From Dimorphilus gyrociliatus (lineage: Eukaryota; Animalia; Annelida): a stretch of DNA of 64,000 nt. The translations under genes and the position numbers were made by a program. The stretch covers positions 987,777 through 1,051,776 of the forward strand of contig CAJFCJ010000024.1 in assembly GCA_904063045.1 (NCBI GenBank), in the 5' to 3' direction. This document shows, piece after piece, positions 61,313 to 64,000 of the stretch (the stretch's first letter is position 1; each line of letters opens with the position of its first letter). The notes under the pieces were generated by a model. The model was given only the letters and a program-made list of their open reading frames with translations, was not told the origin of the DNA and ran no database searches.

Positions 61313-63290
61313 TTATTTTTTTTTGGATTCGTACTTGTTATTATAATTGCAATAATTCTGCAAAAAGGTTACTGGTTTTAAATATTGGCTTGCTTGGGTG
61401 GAGGATTTGGGTTCTTCGTCAATACTTTTATCTGGCAAAATCGTCTTATTTGTAAAGGACAAGTTCAATAATTTATACAAATATGATATAAAATGAGCCA
61501 TACCATCTTCTTGTATTAAGTTACTATGGTTTGTCTGATTTGGCTCGCTTCTACGAAATGAGACGTTCCTTTTAGTATTCCTACCATTACTTGCTTGAGA
61601 TGTCATCGCCGTGCTTAATGGGTCCGACTGCGGAAAATCGCAGAAATTCTGATTATCCATTCCCTGACCTGCCCTAGCTCTCATCGGACAAGGCGTTCTT
61701 TTGATTTAATAAATATAAAAATAGTAAACAAAAGAAACAAAGAGAAAGCATCATTTACTAATAAACCCCTGTCATCTTAATTTTCTTTCATTTTCCCCCC
61801 ATTTAAGAAAGCTAACCTTGAAGGCGATATATAAATACGGATAGGCATTTCTGCTCCACATAGGCCAACAAACAACCGCTCATTTTTTTCGTTATACGTC
61901 ACCACCAAAGGGGCGCAAAGTCTATCCTCGATACAAACGCATTCTCGTAAGCCGAATTCATTGACCTTGACAATTCTGTTATAGCCAGCTTCAACGAGAA
62001 GGAAACCGGACGGAAATTCACATGCACCTCTTGGGCAGCAATATCCGTCTATTCGCTTAAATATCGTCTTATAATCGACTTTACCGACCAGCCATACATT
62101 GTGATTATCGCTAATAATAGTTATTCTAGTGTGGGTGTTATTTGCCATCCATAGGCAAGTGGAATCTATAACGTTCATACTATCTGGCAGTTTTTCTTTA
62201 CTCTCTAAACGAGCGCAACCCGGAGTCCATTCGCTTAATGTATAATAGCAATCGCCTTTTACTATACCAATAACAAGGACATCACCAGTAGATTGTATAC
62301 AATGGCAACACTTGACATCGTCAAATTCACCAACAATAATAGCTCTCCTTCTCAATACAATTCTATGTAAAGACCAACAACTCGACCCGCTCCTGGCAAC
62401 GAAATAGAGACCACTGCCATCTTTAGTACAAGTAACTGATATTACTTCACCGTTGAATAAATGGTACTTTTCACAGACGAAATTATTTTTGCTAACAGTA
62501 AACTCGGCCAATTCTTTGTCTGTGGCGACAATTATACCAATCGGGGTAGAACAAATGTCATTCGGTAGACCTTTTGAACAAAAATCACTATTTAATATAA
62601 AGCTATTAGGACCTGGTTTTGTCATTATGGGATCATTAAAAATGGCTATTATTTTTGGTACGTCCATCCCAGTTTTGAGAATTCCATCTTCCTCAAAGCA
62701 TACCTCTTTCCAAGGTGGTAATTCTGGAATGTCTAAATGCTCCGCGTCTAATCGTACTTGAACGCAAGCTTCTTTTGTTATTTCAATAAAAGGAGCCTCT
62801 CTTATTAAATAATCAACGTAATCAACTTTTTTTTCTATCAGATCCTTATATTCATTTATCATAATACATGCTTTATGAAGAGATTGGGCATATTTTTCTT
62901 CTACCTTCGAGACTTGCCTTTTTAAATCGTCCTCCTGAACTTCAATGGCCTCTATACATTCCTCGTAAGATTTCTTATGGGCATTTTTTAATTCTTCGGC
63001 ATTAATACCGATCCTCCTATGAATTTCGCTAATGTATTCTTGTAATTTTAAATCTCTTTTGTTTTCGATTTCTTCCAATTGAAAGCGAACTTTCCTAGAT
63101 ACGTCTTTGAGTGCATTTAGAACACCGCTTAACTCTTTTATTCGACAATCGGATTGTCGTCGAACATTTACTAAGAAATGAGTATCGTGGAATGCTACAA
63201 TACAATTAGGACAAACTGGAGTATTGCAAGTTGCGCAAAAATTTTCGCATTTTTCATCATGCTGCCGGCAGGTTGTATACCTTGTATAGG
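61313..63290 (-). CDS. TRIM-like protein: B-box, coiled coil, NHL-like beta-propeller and low-complexity tail; both termini uncertain
   Basis: The frame is open upstream of the listed TTG start and encodes a B-box type 2 (CRQH-x7-CATC-x4-CPNC-x4-HDTH). A heptad-rich segment and propeller-like repeats (PRGACEFPSGFLLVEAGYNRIVKV) follow. An in-frame splice (AG|gttagc...aaag|A) joins the ORF at 61313-61684. Confidence 0.7.
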
Positions 63291-64000
63291 CTGAAATGGT
63301 AGATTGATTCTTATCCGTTTTGTTCGTTTCGTTGTCTAATTCGTTATTAGCCTTGAACGTTTTAAAAGAACATATATTTTTATCAGATTATTTGTCGTTA
63401 ATATATCTTAAAATAGCTAAATACTACGAAAGCTGAGAATAAATTACTAGTTTATATTTAAAAATTTTTTAAGGAAATAATAGGAAATATTTACTTCCGG
63501 TTTATTCTGCATGTCATTATAGGTCTTTCCCAAAGACATTTTTTTTATCGACTAAAACATAAGAGCATCTTATTAAAACATGAAGAAAGATATGATATTT
63601 TAATATTCTACTAATTAAATAAATACGTATATAAAGTTATTAAAAACTAACTAAACTCTTGTTCCTTTGACATTTTGAGGATTTATCATTGTTCTATAAA
63701 AGGGAAAAAAACAAACATTTTAGAATTATTATTTTTTAAAATAGGTTAAAAAGAATACTATTTGTTACCTTTGATATTTTCTTAGACTCATCATCCTTAT
63801 TTTAAAATTGCGTAGTTATAAATATTTCTATTTTATTGCCGAATACAAACCTTTAACTTTAGTTCTTTTTGTCTTTGTAATCCTAAATGTTTACGTTTTA
63901 ATTTTAATAAAGTCTCCCATTTTCAAACAGTTTCGTATAAATCGTAAATTATTTACCTTTATCCGATTTTCTATGCATTAAAGTTAATAAAGTATATTAG

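Noticed and set aside
61313-63290. Idea that the TRIM-like gene is lin-41/TRIM71, the classic let-7 target, sitting next to let-7
   Set aside because: There is no filamin domain, the propeller is far too divergent, and I saw no let-7 seed match downstream.
1-64000. tRNA, rRNA, snRNA genes, U12-type introns and CRISPR arrays
   Set aside because: No cloverleaf, rRNA or snRNA signature, U12 donor at an inferred junction, or repeat-spacer array was seen; the sequence is eukaryotic.

Overview
AT-rich, gene-dense, intron-containing genomic DNA from a bilaterian invertebrate. Many introns are only about 40-150 nt; the species cannot be determined from this window. Genes in order: last exon of a class A GPCR (+); a ~1,316-aa Gln/Glu-rich coiled-coil protein ending in a degenerate EF-Ts-like domain (+); ACTR6 (-); a Frizzled (-); SMYD4-like A (+); a TRPC-like channel (-); PSMB1 (-) head-to-head with LSM2 (+); SMYD4-like B (-); and a 16-exon, 21-kb DDX1 (+). 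DDX1 intron 12 hosts an antisense divergent GPCR and a let-7 hairpin. Then come an internally deleted mariner, an orphan exon, and a B-box/coiled-coil/beta-propeller TRIM-like gene (-). Main highlights: (1) at least five introns have 15-25 nt inverted repeats at or next to both splice sites; three are paralog-specific SMYD introns and several lack a polypyrimidine tract, suggesting introner-like intron gain and/or structure-assisted splicing. (2) A mitochondrial-type EF-Ts core lacking its ETDFV motif is fused to a giant coiled coil. (3) A let-7 with a compensated A10>C change lies in DDX1 intron 12, with no miR-100 or miR-125 seen nearby. (4) TA-CAG-TA motifs resembling Tc1 excision footprints recur in TA microsatellites. 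All exon structures, alignments and counts were made by eye and need computational confirmation.
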